Shown piece after piece: positions 37,091 to 51,302 of a stretch of DNA of 64,000 bases. Within the stretch, counting starts at the first letter, position 1. Each line of letters begins with the position of its first letter. Source of the DNA: Octopus vulgaris (taxonomy: Eukaryota); assembly GCA_951406725.2 (NCBI GenBank), contig OX597818.1, positions 58,032,001 through 58,096,000 on the forward strand. Reading direction: 5' to 3'. Below the pieces are notes generated by a model. That model was given only the letters and a program-made list of their open reading frames with translations, ran no database searches and was not told the origin of the DNA. The translations under genes were made by a program, and so were the position numbers.

Positions 37091-37186
37091 ACGTATATGT
37101 ATATATATATATATATATATATGAGCGTGCGATTGACAAGAATGGAGATAATCCAATCGAAATCACCACTCCTCTGTATCTATCTG

Positions 37187-37237
<51 letters not shown>

Positions 37238-39382
37238 GTATGTACACACACACACATATATATATATATATATGAATATATATATACACATATACAATTC
37301 ACACAATCGAACATACTTGTATATATACGTATATATATATATATATATATTTGATTACATATTATATATGTACATACACATATTCACACACATATAAACA
37401 CACACAAATATATCTATATCTATATATATATATATATATATACAGAGTGAGAAAGAGAGAGAGGGTGGAGATACAAACAGATATATCTTCATAAACAGGG
37501 CGAGTGAGAATGCGGTTGCCTTTCTCAAATGTGATAAGAAAAAAAATATGTAAGAAATTCATTTTTGCTTTTGTGTTTGGATTTAACAATATCTGAACAA
37601 ATATGTAACTGTCTGCGTATTTAACAAATTAACCTGAAAAACGCCGCAATATGTTTACATACATTTTAAATATGTTGAAGTATTTAAGTTGTCACAACGT
37701 TGTATCCGATTTCATAGAAAACCAGAATCGTTTTGAAGGAGGTTTTTGTTTAATATTTTCCCTTCGAAAACAATTTATTCAAGTGAAATAAATTGCTGTT
37801 TCACCGTATGAATTTGAATAGAAAGAGCTGTAGAAGATGTTGGGAAGACACGAATATCGACTTGAAAAATATCCTGGCTCTTTCTCTGTGTTTTTAAATA
37901 TACATAAACTGATTTAACCCACTAAAAGTTCTCCGAGACCTCTTACTGTTTTAGGCTATAAGTTTGCGTAGAGTTCTTGAGTGATGTGAGACACATTTCT
38001 TATGTGAGATTTCTGTGTGCTCTGCAAGTATCTATGATATTGACGACATATTGCCATATATACACAAAAACTTTACTTCACATAATGACAGATATGGAGA
38101 CATGTGTCCACACATATAGCGATGCACATCCCTACATACAAACACGGTACATAGTTGCAAAATACACACACACACACACACACACTCAGAGATGCACACA
38201 CAAGGAGAAAGAGGTGCATACGTATATAAACACACACACAGACACACATAAAAACACAAACATGGACAAGCAAGCACATGAATATGCAGAATGCATACAT
38301 GCAGATGCACACACATACATATATACATATGCATAGACACACATATTTGCATACGCACACATGCATACATACATGCATACATACATGCATGCATAGGCAC
38401 ACCTACACATGTGCACAAACAAACAAAAAGTAGCGCAGTGTAAATAACGGACTATTATTTTCAAGACTATTGAAAAGCTTTCAAGACGCAACGAACATTT
38501 TAGGAAAATACAAATAAGAAAGAAATGGAAATTTTACCGGTGAGTGTGTTACATAATAAAGCACAAAGGAAAATGACTCTCCCCTGACACAGAAAAATAT
38601 GCTTCAACACACGAACACACATAAGGAATCTTGCAAATCAAATCCCAAAACGAAATGCATATATATACGTAATTTTTTGCTAGTTTTATTTTGTCTTTTT
38701 GTCTTCTCTGCTTGTGCCGTATGAACATTTAATATGGTTTTAGAGTCAGATTTTGACTGCTATTTTCAGCATGGCGGTATCTCGCAGATACTCTAACTTA
38801 TAATTATGTATATATATTTATCAACGCCTGCATTTCTAGGAGTTGTCGCTCACGTAGTAAATTCTTCCGATAAGTAATTCCATGTTCAGTTCACTGGATG
38901 GAAATATTATCTAGAAATAGTTCAAATTTCAGATTGAAAACAACCCCTCTCCTTACTTCCCATTGTAACCTAACCAATAAACACCTAAATTAAATGAATT
39001 CGCTTCGAGCCAAGCTGGTTGAAAGAACCCGAACGAAGGTGCAGAGAAAATTATGCCAGGTTGCTTTTGCAACTCGCCATATTCTGTGCAGCGGAAACAC
39101 GTATAAGTCATAGTAACCATGAAAATAATTGCATATTGATTGACATTGCAAAATAGCAGGAAGCCAATTTTGAGGATGCACCAATCTCCATAATCTTTGT
39201 CGTTATCAGTATTGCTTATAAGTGTGTGTGTTTATGTATATGTATACATACATATATAAGATAAACTGCTTTATTTTCAGAATTGCTAGTGTTAACTATA
39301 CCCACAAATAAACTACAGACAGGAGGTGTAATGCACTGTGAGAGCTATATACCGTTTAATAATCGGAATAGAGGCAATACAA

Positions 39383-40290
39383 GCGGAAACTAGAAGAACA
39401 TAATTAATAACCACACTCAGAATCAAATATATACATATATTCTTCTACATTTATAAGACGGATATAAAAATTCCAAATATATAAATATAAAAATACATTA
39501 AATAAATATCGATGTGATACATAAAACACAGGGAATTTTAGATTTAAAAGTTATAATACATTGGTGTACTACAAATTAGAGATGATAAAACATTAAAAGG
39601 AAAACATTACAAAAATTTAAAAGTTTCAGAGACGTGCCAAGTAATATGATACACTTGTCGTATTTAAAAAAAAAACTTACACTCCCCTCATCAGGATATT
39701 TTCATACAATACAGAAAGAAATACTCTTATACAACTATATACCAGTCGGCCAAAGTATTAAGACATTGCGCTTAACAATCTTTATAGTTATCTAATATTA
39801 CCTAATTAGCATATAATCAGAAGGCAAATATTAGATAACTATAAAGGTTGGTAAGCTCAATGACTTAATCGATTGGTAGGCTGGTATGTAGTTGTATAAT
39901 TGTATTACTGTATATGTTTTTTCTGTATTGTTTGGAAACATCCTGATGAGGGGAGTTTCAGTTTTTATTAAATATTGAAAAATATATCATATTACTTGGC
40001 ACGTCTCTGATACGGCCCGTAGATGGAATATTTAAATTTTTGTATTATTTTCGTGGTATTTTAGTACGTCCTTTAAATGTTTTATCATATAAAATGTTTA
40101 ATACACCAATATATTATAGCTTTTAAATCTAAAATTCAATGTGCTTTATGTATCACGTCGATATCTAATTACGTGTATTTTTATATTTATATGTTTGGAA
40201 TTATTATATCCGTTTTATAAATATAAAAAAATATACGTGTATATATTTGATTTTGAGAGGAGTTAATTATGTTCCTCTAGTTTTCGCTTC
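39383..40290. mobile_element. ~900 bp foldback (inverted repeat) with hammerhead-like motif; probable Penelope-like pLTR relic
   Basis: Arms ~39383-39800 and ~39828-40290 are reverse complements; CCTGATGAGGGGAG...TCTCTGA(A/T)AC in both. Confidence 0.8.
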
Positions 40291-40392
40291 CATTCAGATT
40301 ATTAAGCGTACATACATACATAACATACATACATACATACATATTTATATATATATATATATATATACATATATGTGTGTGTGTGTGTGGTC

Positions 40393-40469
<77 letters not shown>

Positions 40470-41337
40470 TAAATGCATGCATGTCTGATATATGCTCACG
40501 CCCAGGTGCGCATGCGTCTGCCTATTTGCACTTTTGCGTAGAAAGGGGCCTTGCTCGCTTCTTTAGATTTGAAGCATAACTTCGTCTCATAATGCGTAAG
40601 CACACACTCTATGTTACACCTTATATTATTCCTCATATATAATATACGAACATTCAAAGCATACAAATATCTTCATACAAATTACCGCAACGAAATATAT
40701 ATCACCAATTTGCCGTAGGTGTTTCTAAAAATAAATATCACTCTGTTTAGTTTCTAAAGCCTTAGGAAATAATAGGTACCGATAGCATACAAGGCGGTCG
40801 TATTTAGAACATAGTCAATCATAGATGGCTCCGTCGAACAAAAATAGAATCCACTCAAATACGGTTCCATTATTGGCAGCTAATCTCTCCTGTTGCCATG
40901 TGATTTAGGATTAACTTACGTTAGTGTTTAATGGAGATTTATATGCTGAATAATACTCACCTACATGCAAATAAACCAGGTAAAAAACAAACCCCCATAC
41001 ACAACTGCAGTTGTCGTAAGAGATTCTATGTGTTGTGATTTTTCCCTATATGATTATGAGGTAGTTTTTTGTGGATGCTATTAGGGTTTAGAATTTATTT
41101 TGCCTGGTAATATTTTAGTCGTGACAGTTGCGTATCGTAGGCAGTATTATATTATCTCAACGTGTCCATTATTTTGTTATAATGCCAACTATGATTATGG
41201 TGAAATATTATTATTAATAGAAGCCATCCTCGATGTTTGATTAGAAACGAAGAAACCTGAATATATTGGTTAAATTTCGACTTCCTTAAACTTGTGCATA
41301 TACGCAGTTTATTTCATGCGTGATTAAATTCAAGCGA

Positions 41338-41760
41338 CTTATTTCCTTATTACCCACAAGGGGCTAAACACTGAGAGGACAAACAAGGACAGACAAACGG
41401 ATTATGTCGATTACATCGACAGTAGTGCTTGACTGATACTTAATTTATCGACACCCGAAAGGATGAAAGGCAGAGTCGACCTCGGCGGAATTTGAACTCA
41501 GAACGTAACGGCAGACGAAATACCTATTTCTTTACTGCCCACAAGGGGCTAAACACAGAGAGGAGACAAACAAGGACAGACAAACGGTTTAAGTCGATTA
41601 CATCGAACCCAATGCGTAACTGGTACTTAATTTTTCGACTCCGAAAGGATGAAAGACAAATTCGACCTCGGCGGAATTTGAAATCAGAACGTAACGGCAA
41701 ACGAAGTACAGCCTCGCATTTCGCCCGGCTTACGAACGATTCTGCTAGCTCGGCGCCTTA
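41338..41760 (-). mobile_element. SINE family C dimer
   Basis: Two tandem units, junction GACGAAATAC|CTATTTCTTT on the plus strand. Confidence 0.9.
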
Positions 41761-41894
41761 TTAAATTCTAGTGACTATCATGGAACTTGACGAAATCTAG
41801 CACCATTACCGCAACTGCTACTGATGGTGGTAGCCGCTGCTGTAATGGTGGTGGTGGTGCTGGTGGCAGTATTTTTAGTAGCCGTAGTTATAGT

Positions 41895-42282
41895 GGATGG
41901 AAGCACTCCGTCGGTTACGACGATGAGGGTTCCGGTTGATCCGAATCAACGGAACAGCCTGCTCGTGAAATTAACGTGTAAGTGGCTGAGCACACCACAG
42001 ACACGTGTACCCTTAACGTAGTTCTCGGGGGATGTTCAGCGTGACACAGAGAGTGACAAGTCTGGCCCTTTGAAATACAGGTACAACAGAAACAGGAAGT
42101 AAGAGTGAGAGAAAGTTGTGGTGAAAGAGTACAGCAGGGATCGCCACCATCCCCTGCCGGAGGCTCGTGGAGCTTTAGGTGTTTTCGTTCAATAAACACT
42201 CACAACGCCCGGTCTGGGAATCGAAACCGCGATCCTATGACCCCGAGTCCGCTGCCCTAACCACTGGGCCATTGCGCCTCCA
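41895..42282 (-). mobile_element. SINE family A, full length, 13 bp TSD
   Basis: CCGTAGTTATAGT at 41882-41894 and 42283-42295. Confidence 0.93.
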
Positions 42283-43312
42283 CCGTAGTTATAGTAGGAG
42301 AAGAAAAAATCAGAGGAGGATGAGACGTAGTACAAATAGTAGAAGTAGTAGCAGTGCGCTATTAGAGCCTCCAAGTATATAAAATATTCCTGTCGTTGTC
42401 TCTCATTAGTATCTACCGTAGTAAACATTGTTATTCCTCAGTATTGTATTCGAAACTGTAGCTTTACTTCTGTAACTCCGGTATTTTTATAACTCTCATA
42501 CATTTCCCTGCTGACAACATTTCTAAATAATGCATGACACGGACTCATCTTAAGATTCGAATTCAACATCGTCAATTAATCTACCTTTTGCTGATGTGTG
42601 ACTTAGGTTTATCTAAAGTAGTTGGATATTTCACAAATATTTACTTAATAGCTCTTTCTTTGCAGAATAGGTGAAATCTGTAAATCTGTGTATGTTTGTA
42701 TAGATCGTTGCTTAGATAACTCGTATTACTCAAACCTATGTCGGATAGCATCTGACAATTTTTCCATACACATATGAACAAATGCTGTCAGTTTTCATTT
42801 CCAATTGCTAGCATATTGCCAAGCGGATACAGTCGGTTCATTTCAATCTCTGTGTATATTCAGACATCTCAAGTAGCGGGCAACCAGTTATCATCTGAGC
42901 AACTGTCACGATGAATTAATTCTCAACTCTGTATTCGATGCTAGCATAGTTTGCAACCATTTTGTTTCTCTAAATGTTTCCGCCCACGCATATTGTCAGG
43001 TTACTATAATCAGATATTTTTTGTCGAATTTCAGCGTAATCACTTTAAACAATTGTCTTTCAGCCTGCCTTCACATCTGTCAAATCTTGCGAGATATCTG
43101 AACAGGATTTTTTTTTCCTTTTTTCATTTTCATTATCTTCAGACCATCGTAAGATTCTGTTTTCGTTTTATATTTAGATATTGAGGTATTGTTTTCAAAA
43201 AAATGTATTATTTGTTTTTACACTTATGCCACCTATAATTCAATAGACCGTGTTTGCATTGTGTACTCAAACTTTTCTACACGCACACACACACACAAAC
43301 ACACACACACTG

Positions 43313-43590
43313 TGGAGGCACATGGTCTAGTGCTTAGAGCAGCGGACGCGCAGTCGAGGGATCGCGGGTTCGAATCTAAAACCGGGGATGTGTGTGTTTA
43401 TGAGCGAAGCACCTAAGCTCCACGCGGCTTCGGCAGAAGGTAATAGCGAACTTTTTTCTCTCACTCTTTCCTCCTGCATCTTGCAGCTCACCTGCGACGG
43501 ATCGGCGTCCCGTCCAGGTGGGGAGCCTATACGCCAAGGAAACCGGGAAACCGGCCCTTATGAGCCAGGCGTGGTTCGAGAAGGAACAAC
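43313..43590 (+). mobile_element. SINE family A' (family A head, different body and tail)
   Basis: Head GGAGGCACATGGTCTAGTG...CACCTAAGCTCCACG shared; body CCTGCGACGGATCGGCGTCCCGTCCAGG...GAACAAC differs. Confidence 0.8.
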
Positions 43591-43784
43591 ACACAGACTA
43601 ACACATTTGGTAAACAAGATAATTTCTTGTTGCCTCATATTTATGAGCTTTAATTTCTTTGATTTGCCTCTAATTTTAATCGTAATATCGTTATTTTGTA
43701 GCTGCTTCCTAAATTTGTCAGGCCCACACACACACATACATATATCTGATCGGTAGCCGGTTTGCTGAGTTAGTTTGTATAGTT

Positions 43785-44310
43785 ACTCTTTTCTCTTTTT
43801 GACTCTTTACTTAGTTTCAGTCATTTGACTGCGGCCATGTTGGAGCACCGCCTTTAGTAGGGCAAATCTCCCCTAGGACTTATTCTTTGTAAGCCTAGTA
43901 CTTATTCTATCGGTCACTCTTTGCCGAACCGCTAAGTTACGGGTACGTAAACACACCAGCGTGAGTTGTCAAGCGATGCTGGGAGGACAAACACAGACAC
44001 ACAAACACACACACATATATATACATATACATATATATATATACATACATATATATACATATACATACATATACATACATATATATACACATACATATAC
44101 ATACATATACATACATATAGTGTATATATATACATATACATATATACGACGGGCTTCTTTCAGTTTCCTTCTACCAAATCCACTCACAAGGATTTGGTCA
44201 GCCCGAGGCTATAGTAGAACACACTCGCCTAACGTGACACGCAGTGAGAGTGAACCCGGAACCATGTGGTTGGTAAGCAAGCTACTTACCACGCAGCCAC
44301 TCCCACGCCT
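43785..44310 (-). mobile_element. SINE family B, full length
   Basis: Head, internal TA/CA microsatellite and LINE-like tail all present. Confidence 0.92.
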
Positions 44311-44596
44311 ATAGTTGTGAAGAGATTACTGATTATTTCACACCAAACTCATCAGTCCCCTTAACTTCCATAATATTGAACTAAATATGTCATGCGTAAC
44401 AAGGATGGCTAGTATATATTGATATTGAATTTACTCTTTTGTAACTTACTGAATAAACTGTAGCACCTTTACCTTATGGTATCCTTTCTTTCTTTGCGTT
44501 GTGTATTTTATTTTGGTTCCGATTTTGTTGATTTCAGTGACTGTATCTAATTCAATGTTCACAGTCTTAGTTAGTTTATCTCTTTTTATACTAATA

Positions 44597-45010
44597 TTCT
44601 CTTTTACTCTTTTACTTGTTCAGTCATTTGACTGCGGCCATGCTGGAGCACCGCCTTTAGTCGAGCAAATCGACCCCGGGACTTATTCTTTTGTAAGCCC
44701 AGTACTTATTCTATCGGTCTCTCTTTGCCGAACCGCTAAGTTACGGGGACGTAAACACACCAGCATCGGTTGTCAAGCAATGCTAGGGGAACAAACACAG
44801 ACACACAAACATACACGCACACACTTATATATATATATACATATATACGACATGCTTCTTTCAGTTTCCGTCTACCAAATCCACTCACAAGGCATTGGTC
44901 AGCCCGGGGATATAGCAGAAGACACTTGTCCAAGATGCCACGCAGAGGGACTGAACCCGGAACCATGTGGCTGGTTAGCAAGCTACTTACCACACAGCCA
45001 CTCCTGCGCC
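44597..45010 (-). mobile_element. SINE family B, full length
   Basis: Same organisation as 43785-44310. Confidence 0.92.
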
Positions 45011-45999
45011 TAATGTTTGTGAATTTTTATAATTCTGTAATCACTTTTTTGTCTCCCCTGAATTTATGCATAGTTCTGAGGAAATCTGCTTTGCAAAGAG
45101 GCAGACGAGAAACACATTTTGTAAAAGGCAGGACATGTCATTGAGCTATTGATAAGATCGCGAATAATGACACAAAGAATATTACTAAAAACCTGATGAA
45201 CTTGATCGGCTGATAAATAATTTTCTCTACAAGAAATGTTTAGAAGAAACACACGCGCTGGTTTTATTTCATCCCATTTTTACAAAATTTTCCCCTAAGA
45301 CATTTTATGTTTACTGTAATTTATTTATACCGAACTTGCTTGTGGAATTAGATAGGCACAATCCCTTACCGAGAAAGTTTCAATGATATCAATTAAATTT
45401 CAATAGATACTTCAGGACATAGTAAATTACTTTCGTTTTTATCTATCTTCTCTAAGCATTCGGCATACGTGTAACTTCTCATTATGTATGTAATTTGCTT
45501 CACGGCACCCTTTCATTTCATTAACTAAGCTTTCTAAATGACGAACCACCTGTCAGCTCCAATTTGTGATGTTTAAACTTTGTACGGGAGCTGCAGATAT
45601 GTTAAACGAACTATTCTGCAGGGCACTGACATTTTTTTCTGAATTAGTATTGTTTTCTTCTCTTACTGGATATTAAGTGTTGTGTCTTCTCTGCTGATTG
45701 CCATGGTCATACTTCTATGAGAATTAGAAAGGAGACCTAATACGAAATTTGACAAGTCCTGAACATCAGCAAATTTACAAATGCTTGAGGTATTTCAAGT
45801 AATCATAAATTTGCACTTGTAACTAGCACTTTAAGTTCTTCAGGTATTAGATACAAGTTGAAGGCGAACACATTTATTTCCTCTCTACTCCTGTGTATGA
45901 ATTGACCTTTCAATTATGCTGACCGGTTTTACACCATATAACCATTGAATATACTTGAAATCTTATTGCCGTTTGTTTTCATTTTTATGAAATCTGTAA

Positions 46000-46630
46000 A
46001 CTAGCAGAATAGTTATCCCAACAAGCAGAATGCTTGTTGGCATTCTGTCATTCTTTATGTTCTGAGTTACACTTCTTCAAATGTTGAATTTAACCATTCA
46101 TTATTTCGCGGTTAATAAAGAAATTATCAGTTGAGCACAGTGGAGATGATACAAATTTACCCACTTTCCTCTAAAATACCTGGCCTTGGAAAAAAAATTG
46201 AAACCTGATGCGGTGAGCTGGCTAAAGTGTTACGGCGCTGGAAAAAGCTTAGTGACAATTTTCCCACTTTTGTCATCTGAGTTCAAATACTGTCGGAGTC
46301 AAATTTGCCGTTTACAATTTTCGGGTTGATGAAATTAGTACAATTTGAGCACTGGGGGCGAGGTAATCGATTATTGCTCTTCCAAAAATGCTGGCCTTAT
46401 ACTAAAATCCAAATCCAATAATTTATGTGCTTGCAGAATAGTTAGAATGCCGTAGAAAATGGTTAGCGCCATTTTGTCTGTATACATGTTCTGAGTTAAA
46501 ATTCCTCCGATGTCGACATTGCATTTCATCATTTGCGATCGGTAAAATAAATACCAGTTGAGTACTGGGGTCGATGTCATCGAATTCTTTTGTGAAATGA
46601 GTGGCCTTGTGCAGGAGTATGAAACGAATA
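46000..46630 (+). mobile_element. Three old head-to-tail SINE family C copies
   Basis: Repeated gcagaatagtta / tctgagtt / gttgagcactgggg / ggccttg motifs at ~210 bp spacing. Confidence 0.7.
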
Positions 46631-46748
46631 TTTTATGCGCCTGTATTTCCCTTTCAATAACATATATATTCTGTTATGCCTTGCTTAAACATGGTTTTCC
46701 TTGCTAGAGAATTACTTTTTATAGGTAACATTCGTTTTTCTCTGCACC

Positions 46749-46791
<43 letters not shown>

Positions 46792-47594
46792 ACTCTGATA
46801 TCTGCTTTTCTATCTAGCTTAGTGCTTTGTATTTTCTCAGTATTTTATAATGGAACATTCCATGTGATTTAACATTATTAAAATCAAACACTACAATCGT
46901 TCGTATTATCGATGTTGCTGAATAAATCAGCAGATTCCGTCACTCGATATCGGGTAGTTTATTACCGCAAATAGAATTTCATTCAAATGCCCATTGCATT
47001 TATTTTACGCTTTCGTAGACTTGCACAGTCGTCGCCATTTTGTATATAGCTTGTCTATTTTTTCTATTGCTTACGTGAGATCCACTTAAATGTTAAATAT
47101 TTCCTGATATATTACTTGTTTATATTTTCCGTATCTTGTATACATTTTGTGGTTGCATATTGTTTGGGATATTTACAAACCTTATCAATTTAGATTATAT
47201 TACCTTTTTTCGTTTTATATACATGACATATCACGTGCGTAAAATTTTGTAGTGGTTTCACGTTGTTGCCTAATATATTGCTTAAGTAATCTTTTCCGTT
47301 AAGTTGCTTTCATTTCTAAGGCATTATACCAGGTAGACTCAAAAGTGTTTCATGGATTTCCACTGATGATATTTGGCAACTTGTATTTCCTTATTATAAC
47401 ATTAAATTGTTGTTCAATTGTTTATGTTCTTATCTAACATATAAACATTAATCATTGTTTTTCATCACTTTACATCTTAGATAGCAAGTGTTGGGAAATT
47501 GCAATAATTACCATTTTATGTTCCATGTGAAAGAAAAAAAAACCCAAAAAAACCAATGAGTGCAAGAGCGTTGAGAAAAGAAATTACCCGCCAA

Positions 47595-47843
47595 TGCGGC
47601 CAAGGACAAATTTGAGGAAACTGAAGAGCTGGAAGATTTGCCTCATCGCGCTTAGAATCCAGATATTGAATCCTCAGATTAAAAGAAATTTCCGAGTCAT
47701 TGTTCATTTCTTGCATCGATGGAAGTTGATCAATTTGGATGAATTTGAAAAGAGGTGCAAAGAGGTTCTTGCTTCAAAGCCAGCCAAATGTTGTTGGCAC
47801 AATTGGCAATAAAATATGATGCAATATATTTTGATGTATATAG
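47595..47843 (+). mobile_element. Mariner transposase C-terminal relic
   Basis: LPHRA*NPDIESSD resembles PHPPYSPDLAPSD, followed by ...EVLASKP. Confidence 0.65.
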
Positions 47844-47979
47844 GAGTTTTGTGCAAATTGTTAGAACTGTTAAATACAGCTTGGAATATTGTTTAGTGCT
47901 TTCCGTTGGATGCTGCAAACAATGGATGGCTTCATATATTCGTGGTGAGTAAAAAAGTAAGTAAAGAACATTGCTAGCA

Positions 47980-49220
47980 CTGAAAGCATAAACAGAAGGA
48001 AGGTGGTAGAAAGGACTAGAAAAGTAGATACGGTTATCAGTAGGATAAATGCTAAAAATATAGGAAACACTAGCTGATTAATCTATAGAAGAGAGGCAGT
48101 AGATATCGCACAGGGAATTATTAATAAAGATCAATTGTGGAAAAGGTGACTACAAAATAAAGTGGAGATTTTAAGACAAGATCTGAGTAGAATAGAAGCA
48201 TGGGAACTGATCAATTTAGGAAACACAAGATGCAAATCTTCCCTTGAGAAAAGATATTTGTTTAAAGAGAAAGGATTTGGGACAGTAACAGAAGAGTTGG
48301 AACAGCGTATCATAGTACTAGCGGGCAAGCCCTCCAGTTATCAAAAAAGAAGAGCTGTATCAATAAAGACCAGAGGAGGTTTTATAAGCAAATAAATAAC
48401 GGAGAACGAAGTACTAAAGTGGAGAAACCTAATGCAGGAAAGGCTAGAATGTTCTGGAGTAATATCTAGGATAAGCCAGTCAATCATAATGGAGATACAA
48501 TATGGTTAAAGAGAGTGAGGGAATAAATAGTGAGTGAGAAGTAGTCAGATATAAGACTAAGTGTATTAATGAGTAAAATGTTAAGAAAATTCTGAATTGG
48601 GAGGGCCCATGACCGCATTTATTTCAAGGGTGATGGCTATAGAAATTTAGTTTGCATTGAAGGCTGAGGGAATAACTTCAAGTTCACCTTAATAGTGATA
48701 TAGTATCACATAGGATGACTAGAGGGAGAACAATACTCGTAATTTCTCTCATATAAAGCTGAACTTGTCTGTGTATGGCAGGTTTGGTAGCCTTCAACAA
48801 ACACTATCTCCTCCGAGACCCTGCGGCACAAGTTGACCAAAATTGAAAGTGTGATAGAAGAAGGTTTACTCTTCCTTCCGTAGAAGACAAAATTTAAATC
48901 GGACCATGTTAACACCAAAAATTATTTACATCAAAACGGTGCTTTTTTTCTATGAAAATACCTTTTTTTATGATTTTTGACTGCTGTGTCGCCATTTTTC
49001 GGTGTATTTCAACCAGAAACATGTTCACTTAAAGGGAAAAACAAGCTACATTATGCAAAATTTTTACTTTTCAAAAATTCCAATTTTAAAGGGTCGACAC
49101 AAACCCGAGCAACGCCGGGCTATACTGCTAGTTGACTGATAAGTTAAAGGGTACTGCAGGTAGCGGCTGTAGAATAATCACTTGCTTATCATGCGTGTGG
49201 AAGCTGTTATGCAGTGTTAG
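47980..49220 (+). mobile_element. Dong/R4-clade non-LTR retrotransposon relic, split by a Helitron
   Basis: WKR*LQNKVEILRQDLSRI, EELEQRI, NWEGP*P...QG*WL, MTRGRTILV | LTDKLKG...CRIITCLSCVWKLL (resembles GRT.LI.KD..KG...NYRPITCL..WKLL). Confidence 0.75.
48745..49131 (+). mobile_element. Non-autonomous Helitron (~385 bp)
   Basis: 5' TC..ATATAAA; 3' hairpin CCCGAGCAACGCCGGG (49104-49119) followed by CTAG|T; interrupts a LINE reading frame with no evident TSD. Confidence 0.78.
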
Positions 49221-50086
49221 CTGTGTTCCATTTTGAGATCAATTTCTTAATTGTACGATGAAAGTTGTATTTTCTGAATTTCAAGCAATGACTTGCACTT
49301 AGGTCCAAACACAAACATATTAGATTAGTACTACTATGATTTCATACTAATTCAATTTACTTATATGCACTGAAATCTTTTGTAAGAACGTCACAATTCC
49401 TATTTAACTCTTGCCCGAGATTAAATTTTCTTTTAGAGAAGATTACAGCAAAGTAATGTAACACAGCTGATATCATGCACGTTAATTGTTTTATCAGCAG
49501 ATTAACATTCACACATACACACATGAACTCACATGTATATAATTATACACACACACGCATATATATGTTTATATATGTAGATATATATGTATATGTATGT
49601 GGGTTTATATACACACGCACACACATATATATATATATACATATATGCATATATATATATGCATACATATATGGAGAGAGACAGCGAGAGATACATATGT
49701 ATCAACACAGAAAAACAGGTGTATAAGTACGTATTTGTATATGCATACACACGTGCACAAACGCACAGGTATCTGTACATACATATACATGCACACATAC
49801 ATCTCTTCCCATACCTACATACATATTTTTGTTTATGCGTGTTCCTCCATACATATATACGTGCTAGGGTGCCTACTTTTTAAAATGAAAACAAGATGGC
49901 GAAATACTTTTCAAATAATATTATTACTACATCGCTTTCAACCACTATTACATAGCCACACGCGCCCACGCGCTTACACGTACACACATAAGCACAAACA
50001 CACATCTCTTAATGATTGCCACGGAAGACGAAGTGTAACTAGAAGCTTTATTTGGCCCAAAGATTCTTTCAGGTACCTTTTACACC

Positions 50087-50177
<91 letters not shown>

Positions 50178-50402
50178 AGAGAGAGAGAGAGATTGAGAGA
50201 GACAGAGAGTGTGTGTTCAGGTGTTCGGATTAAGTGGATAAGTTTTAAAGCTAGCTTCTGCTATTTGCCGATAAAAAGATGGGCGTTTCGAACCTGTTAA
50301 TGTTCTGCATATGGTGAAATTATGAAAGAATATTTTACTAGAAGTTCTTTCCGGACAGCCGAAGCATCGAGGCTATCCTCTATTCCGTTGTGCTTGTTAG
50401 GT

Positions 50403-50783
50403 GGAGGCGCAATGGCCCAGTGGTTAGGGCAGCGGACTCGCGGTCGTTGGATCGCGGTTTCGATTCCCAGACTGGGCGTTGTGAGTGTTTATTGAGCGAA
50501 AACACCTAAAAGCTCCACGAGGCTCCGGCAGGGATGGTGGTGATCCCTGCTGTACTCTTTCACCACAACTTTCTCTCACTCTTACTTCCTGTTGTACCTA
50601 TATTTCAAAGGGCCGGCCTTGTCACTCTCTGTGTCACGCTGAATATCCCCGAGAACTACATTAAGGGTACACGTGTCTGTGGAGTGCTCAGCCACTTACA
50701 CGTTAATTTCACGAGCATGCTGTTCCGTTGATCGGATCAACCGGAACCCTCGTCGTCGTAACCGACGGAGTGCTTCCATCCAT
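50403..50783 (+). mobile_element. SINE family A, full length
   Basis: Near-identical to 2554-2940; candidate TSD TGTG(C/T)TTGTTAG. Confidence 0.92.
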
Positions 50784-51302
50784 CATGTGTTTGTTAGAGC
50801 GTGTGTCATTGAGCAGGAAAAGTACCCAGTGGTTGTTAAGAGAAAGTGAGCTTTTCCGCAGCAAAACAAGATCCCATGCCCAGAATAAACTCCAGGAAAT
50901 TGAGGGAATCGAACCGATACCACACATAGTATAACCCAAGACTGGGACAATGAATTTGTAATATATCAATTGCGCCACGTTACAAAATATGTTATGAATA
51001 TATAACATCCGACATGATGAGCTAAAAGGTACCATTATAGCGGTTTCTAAATTTCAACAGTGTACACGTCGCATGAATTAGAGCGCGCTTCGGAAACTCT
51101 TGTAGGTTACTCCTCTGTATTGTCCAAGAACTCACTGACTCAATGTTTTATTAATTTGCAAGATTAAAGACATTTTTATGCACACAGAAAAAAAAAAACG
51201 AACGAAATTTTATGCGCCTGTATTTCCCTTTCAGTAGCTTATATTTTCTGTTATGCCTTGCTTAAACATGTTTTCCTTGCTAGGGAAGCAATTACTTTTT
51301 AT

